From positions 2,220,001-2,252,000 of the forward strand of contig NC_007484.1 in assembly GCF_000012805.1 (NCBI RefSeq): a stretch of DNA of 32,000 nucleotides, given 5' to 3'. Source of the DNA: Nitrosococcus oceani ATCC 19707 (lineage in GTDB: Bacteria; Pseudomonadota; Gammaproteobacteria; Nitrosococcales; Nitrosococcaceae). Of the stretch, positions 24,251 through 32,000 are shown piece after piece (the stretch's first letter is position 1; the number at the start of each line of letters is the position of its first letter). Below the pieces are notes generated by a model that searched no databases, was not told where the DNA came from, and worked only from the letters and a program-made list of their open reading frames with translations. The position numbers were made by a program, and so were the translations under genes.

Positions 24251-25522
24251 TTACCTCTCAAAGTTGAGATCCGTGGCAATCGTCTCCTCCAAGCATTCAG
24301 CTAGGGATGCTACACGGCTACGCCTTGAGCTACGAGCGATCTCTGCTTCGCTTGCCACGGGGGCTGTGCCATCCTGAAGTTGCTTAAGGAAATCTTGCAG
24401 TGTTGCCGTGATAGCCGCAGCCGAATCAAGGGGGGCAACGGTTTCAATACCCGCCTGCCGCAACACCCTCGCAGTGTCTCCCTCAGAATCCGTAAGCCCC
24501 AAAATCGGCCGCCGTGCGCGCAGGTATTCATAAAGCTTTGCTGGAATTTGATGGTTGCAATTGCTTGCCTGTAAAATCAAAAGTCCATCAGCTGTAAGCA
24601 TCTCAGCAAGTGCCCCACGATAAGGGATATGGGGTTCAAAGTGCACAATGTCATCAATGCCCCATTCGCGCAAAAGCTGCCTGAAGTAATCCTCCGAACC
24701 ACTGGCCCGGAACACCACCTGTAGGCTTTGAGCGGTGATCTGGCCTGATCGCTTCAGGCTTGCCAGTGCCTCGAAAAATGCACGGGGATCCCGTTCGTTA
24801 GGATACACTACCCCACTGTGTACAAGCCGAAACGGCCTCGGAGAATCCCTCAATGAAGGCAAAGAAACCGTATCAAAAATAGAATCTTCGTAACCATTCT
24901 CAATAAGAACCCATGTTTTATCGGAACGCTCTGGGTAACGCTCGGCGTACATACGCACCGCCCCAGGCGCGGTGAATATCGCTCGCGTGCAGCGGTGCAC
25001 TGTAGCCGCTTCAACCGCACGATAAGCGCGTCGTACCCGTGGATTAGACGGATAATTATCCTCCGTCATGGAATCTCGGAAATCGGCAATCCAAGGAATC
25101 CCGCTCAGCCGATGTAAAGTTAAACCAATGAGATGGGCCGTAGCAATCGGATAAGTAGACCAAAGAACCTGGGGACGATAACGACGAATAAGCCTCAGTC
25201 CCGCGGGCACAGCTCCGAGCCACCAACTTACCCAGCGATCCGGAAGCGCCAGGAATCGACTATAGCGACCTCCCAATGCCAAATGGCGCGCAGTATCAAG
25301 CCCAAAAGCACGATACACGATAGTTTCAGAGCCAATGTCAGCCAATTGGTCGTCACAGCGCCGTTCATAGGCACGAGGGTAGATGCTCAGAATGATGGGC
25401 TGCCAATCATGTTCGGGAAGATCGCGGGAGAAAGAGAGAGTGCGCTGCATACCGCTGCTGCCGCTGGCGGGCGGAAAATGATAAGCGATCATCAATACTC
25501 GCTTTACCATGACCGCACCCAT
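24251..25522 (-). CDS. GT-B fold (GT4-like) glycosyltransferase
   Basis: 423 aa with N-terminal VLMIAYHFPPASGSSGMQRTLSFSRDL and C-terminal IPAKLYEYLRARRPILGLTDSEGDTARVL. Alternative start codons lie a few codons in. The 5' end overlaps the upstream hydrolase gene. Confidence 0.7.
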   Translation of the reverse strand: MGAVMVKRVLMIAYHFPPASGSSGMQRTLSFSRDLPEHDWQPIILSIYPRAYERRCDDQLADIGSETIVYRAFGLDTARHLALGGRYSRFLALPDRWVSWWLGAVPAGLRLIRRYRPQVLWSTYPIATAHLIGLTLHRLSGIPWIADFRDSMTEDNYPSNPRVRRAYRAVEAATVHRCTRAIFTAPGAVRMYAERYPERSDKTWVLIENGYEDSIFDTVSLPSLRDSPRPFRLVHSGVVYPNERDPRAFFEALASLKRSGQITAQSLQVVFRASGSEDYFRQLLREWGIDDIVHFEPHIPYRGALAEMLTADGLLILQASNCNHQIPAKLYEYLRARRPILGLTDSEGDTARVLRQAGIETVAPLDSAAAITATLQDFLKQLQDGTAPVASEAEIARSSRRSRVASLAECLEETIATDLNFER

Positions 25523-26460
25523 TCAAGGGTCCACTGAGCCACCTGATCCCGCCAAACGCGGCGGGAGAAGGTATGGTCCGCAGTCGACAACTCGCGACGC
25601 TCAATGCTTCTACTGCGAAGCAAGCCGCGCCAAGCGGATGAAGACGAGATGGTATCGCGAAACTCATTCGCTGTCAGATCCTTGCCGCTTAGTATCAAGA
25701 GCGTCCTGCCCTGGAATTGCTCTAAAGCTTTATATACCCGCTTGGGCAACGGCAATATTTCTTCAGTCTCAACTTCATCAACCTTCTGCCGCCAGGAATT
25801 AGCTTTCCTTAATATATCTCCCAATGAACGCAGTGAATCCTTATAATCAAATTCCCGGCGCCAAAACTTGCGCCAAAAGTCGCCGCTAACTAACCTTCTA
25901 AAATAATAATGCTTGAGGTAAACGGCTGCCTGCCCTTCCTCCGTTCGCACCCAGGGGTTCAACAACACCAAACCTGCTACTCGCGGATCTGAGGGCGCAT
26001 AAAAACAGGCCGCCGAGGCGGCATCGCAAAGGCCCCAAATCACGATTTCTCTTAACCCTGGCGCAGCTTCTAGAAAAGCATCGATCGCTGCACGGATATC
26101 AACTTCAATATTCTCAAAGGTACGAGTACCGCCACCGCTGTCTCCCATTCCACGGTAATCGAAACGGAATACAGGAACTCCCGCTTCCGCCAACCAGCGG
26201 GCAAACAATACAAACTGGCGATGACTGCCTACCCGGTATTGGGGGCCACCAACAACGACCAAGACACCCCGGGTGGCGTACTCTGAACCTCGGTGCAAGA
26301 TGCCAACGAGAAGCTCTCCAAGGCAATGGAAGGTCAGTGCTTCTTCAGCCGTCACCCTGGACACCGACTGTCCGTTATAAATATGCGTTATGTCTCCCCT
26401 GGCTTTGAGTGCGCCTGGAAACCCCTCTACCCTATACCCATTCCCAACATAGTTCATCAT
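25504..26460 (-). CDS. Alpha/beta-fold protein ('hydrolase 1, exosortase A system-associated' type) with Cys at the nucleophile elbow
   Basis: 318 aa. It has GGPQYRVGSHRQFV..FRFDYRGMGDSGG, an elbow G-L-C-D-A at 26020..26034 (IVIWGLCDAASAA), and a late ADH (STADHTF). Confidence 0.7.
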   Translation of the reverse strand: MMNYVGNGYRVEGFPGALKARGDITHIYNGQSVSRVTAEEALTFHCLGELLVGILHRGSEYATRGVLVVVGGPQYRVGSHRQFVLFARWLAEAGVPVFRFDYRGMGDSGGGTRTFENIEVDIRAAIDAFLEAAPGLREIVIWGLCDAASAACFYAPSDPRVAGLVLLNPWVRTEEGQAAVYLKHYYFRRLVSGDFWRKFWRREFDYKDSLRSLGDILRKANSWRQKVDEVETEEILPLPKRVYKALEQFQGRTLLILSGKDLTANEFRDTISSSSAWRGLLRSRSIERRELSTADHTFSRRVWRDQVAQWTLEWVRSW

Positions 26461-26476
26461 ACGAATGTCTCATTCA

Positions 26477-27685
26477 TCAGTGAGAATCAAGCACTTCCCG
26501 GAATCTTGCAATCATCCAGTCTAATTCGCTTTGGCAAAGCCCTTGGTGGCAGGGAATCTGAAGAAGCCGCATCCGGTAATCTTGACTTACTAAGCATTCC
26601 GAATATGCGATTTCCTCCCACCGCCAAATAGGAACCCGGAGTCGTTTTAAAGGCGCAAAGTCACGAGCCGGCGCTTTTAATAAAATAGGAAACATATAGG
26701 GTATCACCCCTGGGGGCAGGACTGGAAAAACTAATTCCGTACGCGGCAAGCCGGACAATTTTTCAGACAGATAACGGTAGTGCATACGCCGTCTCTCAGC
26801 ATTCTTTGCTTTTCCACTCCAACATGTTACGAGACGCGAAGCGTGCGTTGCACGAAGGCCGATTTCTTCGGGGTTAAAGCACTGCATTAATTCATCTACA
26901 GATGGAATATTTGGTTCTGACCCAGCAGCAGTAACTGTCGCTCTCTCAGAGCGTAACACTTGCCGTATAGTGGCAGCTAACCCTGCCATAGCCCCTAGAA
27001 CCTGGAGGCGATTATAGCGGGTTGCCAACCCCACCATCTCATAAGCTGCTTTTACTTGTCCAAACAAACCAGAGGAATGTAAGGTACCGGTAATGCGAGA
27101 GGCGGGACATAATATACCGCCGTCTACCGCCGGAAAAAATTTCGGCATACTGGCAATAGAGAAATCTCCAACACTCCCGAGTGGAGATCCTTCGGATTCG
27201 CCGAAAAAAGCATGGGCACAATCCTCAATCAAAGCTATGCCATGCTCGCTACATAGTGTCCGTACTAACGCGAGAGGTTGTGGAAAGCCAAAGAAATGTA
27301 CCAATAAGAGCGCCTTGGTGCTTCGTTCAAGCTTATGCCTTACATCCTCAAGGTCAATCTCAAGATTAGGCTTAAGTTTGTAGAAACGAACCGTTGCACC
27401 CAACCATAAAATCGGCTCGATCATCGAACGACAGTGATAAGCAGGCACCAGCACCGCACTACCAGGACCTGTTCCCATGGCCTGGAGAGCCATAACTATT
27501 CCAATCCGTCCGCGCCGAACCGGCAAAGCATCACCTTCGAAGAAACGGCTACGATAGCTTTGAGTTCCCCCTCCAAATAAAGAATTAGCACTCAACACTG
27601 GAAGCACGGGCACCATAGGTTTTGGAAATAAGGCGGCTTCCTCGTTGATCGGATGGAATTTCACACGTTCAGCCTGCTTACTCAT
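26477..27685 (-). CDS. DegT/DnrJ/EryC1/StrS-like PLP-dependent enzyme (sugar aminotransferase/dehydratase family)
   Basis: 402 aa. The layout is RRGRIGIVMALQAMGTGPGSAVLVPAYHCRSMIEPILWLGATVRFYKL...STKALLLVHFFGFPQP...IALIEDCAHAFFG...GDFSIASMPKFFPAVDGGIL, colinear with the DegT pattern including the Lys (MPK) before geGG. Confidence 0.65.
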   Translation of the reverse strand: MSKQAERVKFHPINEEAALFPKPMVPVLPVLSANSLFGGGTQSYRSRFFEGDALPVRRGRIGIVMALQAMGTGPGSAVLVPAYHCRSMIEPILWLGATVRFYKLKPNLEIDLEDVRHKLERSTKALLLVHFFGFPQPLALVRTLCSEHGIALIEDCAHAFFGESEGSPLGSVGDFSIASMPKFFPAVDGGILCPASRITGTLHSSGLFGQVKAAYEMVGLATRYNRLQVLGAMAGLAATIRQVLRSERATVTAAGSEPNIPSVDELMQCFNPEEIGLRATHASRLVTCWSGKAKNAERRRMHYRYLSEKLSGLPRTELVFPVLPPGVIPYMFPILLKAPARDFAPLKRLRVPIWRWEEIAYSECLVSQDYRMRLLQIPCHQGLCQSELDWMIARFREVLDSH

Positions 27686-27728
27686 ATCCTCTCATTAAAA
27701 TTCAATCTACTAGACAGGGTTACCGCTC

Positions 27729-28823
27729 TTACCCTTGCCATAATGCTCCAACTCTCTTCGTAGTCGCTACACCCCATCGATAGAGAGGATATCGATAATA
27801 ATTTATATGATAAATGGATCTTGAACCCGTACACCAGGCAAGTTGGTCTTGGGTAGCATTAGTATAGAACTCGAGAGTACTTCCTTTTTCTTCCTGAAAG
27901 ATACGCTCTAAAAACAAATATAACAACAGACGCCCGGGCGCATATCGAGAAAGCGCCTCATCAAAGGCCGTTTTTAGTATTACAGTCATGTCGCCCCCGG
28001 TAATGGTTAGACGGGAAGCAGCAAGCTTATCTCCTAAATAGAGATTCCAGGCTGCAGCGTTTCCCTCTTGGGCAAACGCCTCCATTACTTGTCGATAGAA
28101 TTGACCTTGTACATTATTTCTATGTAATGCGGTTCCCAATCGCCCCTTCCAACCTTTGGACTCAAGCTCTCCGTACTGATCTACCGCTTCTCCCATAGAG
28201 TCTAAATTTCGTATAACTTCCAAACGAGGAATGAGGCCCACCTTTTTTACGCGCCGCAGATAGCGATAAATATTTTTCTTCAGATTCTTCGACCGTTGAT
28301 TCCAAAAGGCATCAAAGGAACCTTCCAGTTTGATTTGTATAGTATTCCAGTGGGGTATAGTCAGCATGTGTTTATAATCCATCGGTCGCATCTGAATAGC
28401 GTAGTCCGAATCCTGGCAGGCAAGTCCCAAACCCCAAGCGTAGCCGGGCAGAGCAGGAAATAATTTACGAAGTGCCGAATAGCCTGCGCTGCCTCCTAAT
28501 AGGGCAGGTCCAATGGGCGCCTGACTTGGCAGAAACGTATTCCACATTCCATTTCTCTCCGATCGAAGCAGCAGCAAGCCAGTGACAGATTCACCCTCCT
28601 GATATACGACGAGAAAGACATCGTCGGCACCAAAATACTCAAGCAATAAACCAACAAAGCGGATATCCAATAAAGGATGGTTTTTATAGTGATGGGAATT
28701 TAACTGCTGCCAATGAGTCCTATAGGTTGTTATCAATTCCCTAGCAGGCACTACACGCCAAAACCCAAACTCCTCCGCCCCACTACCAGAGGGAGGGCTA
28801 ATCCAAGAAAACCGCTGCATCAA
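27729..28823 (-). CDS. FemAB-like / GNAT-fold acyl(aminoacyl)transferase ('FemAB family, PEP-CTERM system-associated' type)
   Basis: 364 aa. The central block (FDAFWNQRSKNLKKNIYRYLRRVKKVG) and the later segment (LYLGDKLAASRLTITGGDMTVILKTAFDE..SRYAPGRLLL) are typical of the Acetyltransf_6/FemAB-like family. Confidence 0.65.
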   Translation of the reverse strand: MMQRFSWISPPSGSGAEEFGFWRVVPARELITTYRTHWQQLNSHHYKNHPLLDIRFVGLLLEYFGADDVFLVVYQEGESVTGLLLLRSERNGMWNTFLPSQAPIGPALLGGSAGYSALRKLFPALPGYAWGLGLACQDSDYAIQMRPMDYKHMLTIPHWNTIQIKLEGSFDAFWNQRSKNLKKNIYRYLRRVKKVGLIPRLEVIRNLDSMGEAVDQYGELESKGWKGRLGTALHRNNVQGQFYRQVMEAFAQEGNAAAWNLYLGDKLAASRLTITGGDMTVILKTAFDEALSRYAPGRLLLYLFLERIFQEEKGSTLEFYTNATQDQLAWCTGSRSIYHINYYRYPLYRWGVATTKRVGALWQG

Positions 28824-28835
28824 ACTAAAACTTCC

Positions 28836-29681
28836 TTATTGACCCCAACTTAACCAATGAGTTGTCTCATCCACTAATTCCGGTACCACCGCGATCTCCT
28901 GGGTGGCCCAAAACGCCTCCCCTATAATCATAGAGACAACCACAGACACCCCATCGCTGCGCCAGGTTTCAATGACTTTTTGGCTTACCGGAGAGAGGGG
29001 GCGATCTTCTAATAGCGCTACTTCGAACCAGTACACAGATATACCCGTAGGAATTCCTAACTTTAGAAAGTTTTTTTGCATCAGAGCCACTGAGAGAGCC
29101 GGCGCCAATTCATAGCCAGCGACTTCCACTAATTCGCCTGCTAAAAGCCGATCTTGGAGGCTATTCACACTCTCTCTCCTCTCTCTACCTCCTATCATAT
29201 TTGCAGCCACTCTTAGGCGTAAAAACTGCGTTAACATTACTCTGCCATCCACTACAGGCTGCCAAAGCACTAACCGATCAACCTGGTCCTTAAGTTCAAA
29301 CGCTAACTCCAATGCAAGCAATCCGCCTACCCTGATCCCCCATAAGGTAACTTTCTGAGTTCCTTTCTCAATTAGCCACCTACAAGCAGCACTCAGGTCT
29401 GCTTTCCACACATCCCACCGCGCCTCACTAAACTCCCCACTGCTATCCCCAGTTCCATATAGATCTACAACTAACACTCCATACCCCGCGCCGGCAAATC
29501 GTTCCGCCTGCAAAACCACCATGCGTCGGCATTTATTCATTTCCTCAGCAAAAGCAGGCACATGGAGGATAGCTTTCCTAGGAAAAGAGCTATTTCCCAC
29601 TGGCGGATAATAAATTGCACAAAGGGGTCCTCTAAGGCCCGGTAGAAAAAAAATATGGCGTTTTAACGATAAATCGATCAC
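28836..29681 (-). CDS. Alpha/beta-fold protein ('hydrolase 2, exosortase A system-associated' type) with Arg at the nucleophile-elbow position
   Basis: 281 aa with VVDLYGTGDSSGEF and an elbow G-I-R-V-G at 29325..29339 (VTLWGIRVGGLLALELA). The GTG start overlaps the ACP stop (GTGA). Confidence 0.65.
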   Translation of the reverse strand: MIDLSLKRHIFFLPGLRGPLCAIYYPPVGNSSFPRKAILHVPAFAEEMNKCRRMVVLQAERFAGAGYGVLVVDLYGTGDSSGEFSEARWDVWKADLSAACRWLIEKGTQKVTLWGIRVGGLLALELAFELKDQVDRLVLWQPVVDGRVMLTQFLRLRVAANMIGGRERRESVNSLQDRLLAGELVEVAGYELAPALSVALMQKNFLKLGIPTGISVYWFEVALLEDRPLSPVSQKVIETWRSDGVSVVVSMIIGEAFWATQEIAVVPELVDETTHWLSWGQ

Positions 29682-29968
29682 GAAAGCTTTTTATTCACAA
29701 AATCCGCAAGGCTTCCCACCGTCTCAAAGGTGGATGCCTCCACCTCATCATCATCCACTATAAAACCGTACTGCTCTTCTAGAGCAGTAATAATAGAAAC
29801 TACCGCCATAGAATCGAACTCTGGCACAGCACCTAGCAGGCACGTCTCAGCTGTCATGGCCTGGCGGGTCCGATCACTGAGCTGCAACACCTCACTAACG
29901 ATGAGAATAGTTTCACCGACAGTATGAACATTGACAGTATTTGCGTTCCTTACTACATTTTCATTCAT
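29678..29968 (-). CDS. Acyl carrier protein (phosphopantetheine attachment site present)
   Basis: 96 aa with GAVPEFDSMAVVSIITALEEQYG (D-S-M attachment serine at about 29810..29812). The protein is acidic, and a strong SD (AGGAGGGG) lies upstream. Confidence 0.8.
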   Translation of the reverse strand: MNENVVRNANTVNVHTVGETILIVSEVLQLSDRTRQAMTAETCLLGAVPEFDSMAVVSIITALEEQYGFIVDDDEVEASTFETVGSLADFVNKKLS

Positions 29969-29995
29969 TGGGGTTTCCCCTCCTAACTTCTCTAA

Positions 29996-30444
29996 TTAAG
30001 CATAAAATGATCCGGCACGAAAAGCCTTGACCTGAGGTACGCCTGCTGCGTGCAGATGTTTGAGTCCCCACTGGATCAACTTGCTCTGCTCATTCAGGGA
30101 AAAATTGCGCATTAAATAACCTCGCCGTTTCGGGAACAAAGACTGCTCAAGCTTATCGATCCACTCGGGGTGAAGATGAAGGTGGATTTCAGGGCCTGCT
30201 TCCTGAATAAGTCCCACAATCTCCGCGAGCGGCTGCACACCAAAACGGAGCACAAACAACGATTCGACAAAGAAATACCCCTTGAAGCCCATAATCATTG
30301 AGGATCTGAAGGGTCATAGGAAGGCCATAATCGCCCGCCTTGCCGGATCGTAGATATAGCGGCGGAAAGCTCCTGGGATCGCTCATCCAGCCGGTTCCAG
30401 CTATCTGGCCAAATCTCAACGTCAACAGTGGAAAAAATGTTCAA
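29996..30444 (-). pseudogene. Polysaccharide-deacetylase-like gene remnant: two frameshifts and loss of the C-terminal half
   Basis: TTG at 30444 (AAGGAG 6 nt upstream) opens (M)NIFSTVDVEIWPDSWNRLDERSQELSAA. The sense then continues in a second frame (YLRSGKAGDYGLPMTLQILNDYG) and in a third frame from about 30288..30290 (FKGYFFVESLFVLRFGVQPLAEIVGLIQEAGPEIHLHLHPEW...AFRAGSFYA*). All three frames are used, and the reading stops right at the ACP ribosome-binding site. The family call (DVE... / HxHxHPEW) is tentative. Confidence 0.5.
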
Positions 30445-30489
30445 TGACACTCCTTGGAACGCCCAGCTTTTCCAAAATTACCCTTTATT

Positions 30490-32000
30490 TCAGTGCCCAT
30501 GGGCCTGGAGCCAAAGCTCCAACATCATCAATATCCACACTAATTCGCCATAATAGGCGGTATGTCCAGTTCGGTGAAGCCTAATGGCCCGATCAAGAAA
30601 CTCAGGGCGGAAATAGGGACGCTTTTTGAGAGAAAGAAGGCTTTCATAGGCAAGCTCCTGGAGCGGCACATGCTCCACCATCCATAAGCCAAAGGGCAGT
30701 CCAAACCCATGCTTTTCCTTCCTAATAGTTTCCAGGGGAAGGAAATCCCGCATGGCTTCCTTATAAAAATAGCGAAGGCGCTGTCCCTTGAGCTTCAGCG
30801 CCGACGGCACCTGGCAGGAGAATTCAATAAGGGGGTCATCCAGCAACGGATAAACCACCTCTACCCCGGCAAGGGCACACATCCGTCCCACCTTGCGAAG
30901 ATCATTATCCGCAAGGGTCTGCTGCCAATCCAAGTACATCATACGATTAAGGGTTGAAGCATTTTGGGGTGTCGAATATCGCTTACGTTGCAGGAATAGG
31001 GGCTCTTCAGGCGCTAGGGTCGCCAAAAAGTCTGCTTGAAACACCTCTTCGGCGCCTTCCCGCTGAAGGAAGTTATAAGCTTCTAAGCGATCCGGTAACG
31101 GCGTCATTGCCTGGCGCACGTAGCTTAGCGCCTTCCGCACTACGCCCATGGACTCTGGTAAACGGAATAAAAGCGGCTCTAATACCCTTTTGCGCAGAAT
31201 AAGTGGTATCATTCCATAATATTCGAAAATCTGCTGTTTAGCATAACGCACATTGCCCGCAAAGAGCTCATCACCCCCATCCCCCGCAAGCAGATACTCC
31301 ATTCCATCGTTAGCGGCAAGTTTAGCGCAATAGTAAGCTCCTACCGCCGAAGAATTGCCAAAGGGTTCATCATAAACCCGAGCGATTTCCGGCACTATCG
31401 CACAAACATCTTTAGGCGTGACATAGTATTCATGCTGCTTTGTGCCGAAGTGCTGAGCTGCGGTACGCGCATACCCCATCTCGTCATACCCGCTTGCCGA
31501 AAAACCGATGGAATAGGTATTGGCATTGCCCGACTGCAATTTGGCAAGCATACCTGCTAGGGTCGAGCTGTCTAGGCCACCGCTCAGAAAAGCACCGATT
31601 CTCCGCCCCTTGCTAAGGCGTTCAACCGATTCGAAAATAAGAGCATGCATCTGCTCCCCTAACACCTCGAGACTGGCGCTATTAGTTTCATCGAAAAGAG
31701 GCTCCCAATAGCTTCCCACGTAGGTTTGATTGCCATCATATTCTACATAATGCCCCCCTGGCAGCTTGCACAAGGCTGAGTAAATGGTACCAGGACTCGG
31801 GACCATATGGGAATGGACATAATTGTAAATCCCTTGGGGCGAGAGCGAAGAGTCGGCGCTTGGATGGACCCGTACACTATCGGCACTTGAGCCAAAAACG
31901 AATCCACCGCCGGCCACCGTGTAGTAGAGAGATTCCTGCCCGATGCGATCCACGGCCGCAAATGCCCGGCCAGAACGGTCATCCAATACAGCAATGGTGA
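30490..32000 (-). CDS. Asparagine synthetase (glutamine-hydrolysing) family, 'exosortase A system-associated amidotransferase 1' type; N-terminus beyond the right edge
   Basis: The frame is open to base 32000 (..TIAVLDDRSGRAFAAVDRIGQESLYYT = AsnB RD.fG.kPLYY block). A canonical PP-loop S-G-G-L-D-S lies at 31567..31584, with LLAGDGGDELFAGNVRY downstream. The TTG 'start' at 31986 in the track is internal. Confidence 0.85.
   Translation of the reverse strand, partial: TIAVLDDRSGRAFAAVDRIGQESLYYTVAGGGFVFGSSADSVRVHPSADSSLSPQGIYNYVHSHMVPSPGTIYSALCKLPGGHYVEYDGNQTYVGSYWEPLFDETNSASLEVLGEQMHALIFESVERLSKGRRIGAFLSGGLDSSTLAGMLAKLQSGNANTYSIGFSASGYDEMGYARTAAQHFGTKQHEYYVTPKDVCAIVPEIARVYDEPFGNSSAVGAYYCAKLAANDGMEYLLAGDGGDELFAGNVRYAKQQIFEYYGMIPLILRKRVLEPLLFRLPESMGVVRKALSYVRQAMTPLPDRLEAYNFLQREGAEEVFQADFLATLAPEEPLFLQRKRYSTPQNASTLNRMMYLDWQQTLADNDLRKVGRMCALAGVEVVYPLLDDPLIEFSCQVPSALKLKGQRLRYFYKEAMRDFLPLETIRKEKHGFGLPFGLWMVEHVPLQELAYESLLSLKKRPYFRPEFLDRAIRLHRTGHTAYYGELVWILMMLELWLQAHGH

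Noticed and set aside
1-32000. Scan for CRISPR arrays, tRNA/rRNA genes and long direct repeats
   Set aside because: No regularly spaced direct repeats, no cloverleaf-like or rRNA-like segments, and no long duplicated non-coding blocks were seen by eye. The only repeated non-coding motif is the GCCGGAGG hairpin arm at the two IS200 ends.

Overview
This window reads as part of an exopolysaccharide / PEP-CTERM-exosortase A (XrtA/EpsH-type) surface-polymer locus from a roughly 50% GC, proteobacteria-like genome; the organism cannot be identified from sequence alone. No rRNA, tRNA or CRISPR array was seen.

Right third (21.4-32 kb): this is the recognisable 'exosortase A system-associated' gene set. 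It contains a canonical AsnB-type amidotransferase (runs off the right edge), a small acyl carrier protein, two alpha/beta-fold 'hydrolases', a FemAB-like acyltransferase, a DegT-like PLP enzyme, a GT-B glycosyltransferase, an AMP-forming acyl ligase and a fold-type-III PLP decarboxylase. A frameshifted, truncated deacetylase-like pseudogene also sits here.

Middle (11.8-21.3 kb): a tightly coupled operon resembles the mycobacterial decaprenyl-phospho-arabinose route (UbiA-type phosphoribosyltransferase, HAD phosphatase, DprE2-like SDR, DprE1-like FAD oxidase, plus a flippase-like membrane protein). Next to it are a PEP-CTERM protein gene split from its signal peptide by a T9 tract, a GT-C transferase, a sulfotransferase and a Wzy_C/O-antigen-ligase-like protein.

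Left third (1-9.6 kb): this is the most unusual part. Three mutually homologous ~500-530 aa proteins carry a variant PP-loop (S-[TA]-G-Y-D-S) and an AsnB-like layout but no N-terminal Cys. With them are a fourth AsnB-like protein (LSAGLDS, also no Cys2), a Wzx/PST-type flippase and an edge-truncated ATP-grasp ligase that the ORF track missed. Including the canonical AsnB, the window holds five AsnB-superfamily genes. I read this block as a candidate, uncharacterised multi-enzyme ATP-dependent amide-forming decoration module for the polymer.

The blocks are separated by AT-rich, gene-poor decay zones holding an IS605-type tnpB C-terminal relic, a decayed IS200-type tnpA with both terminal hairpins, and other gene debris.

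All family names come from motif recognition by eye and remembered family descriptions. No searches were run.
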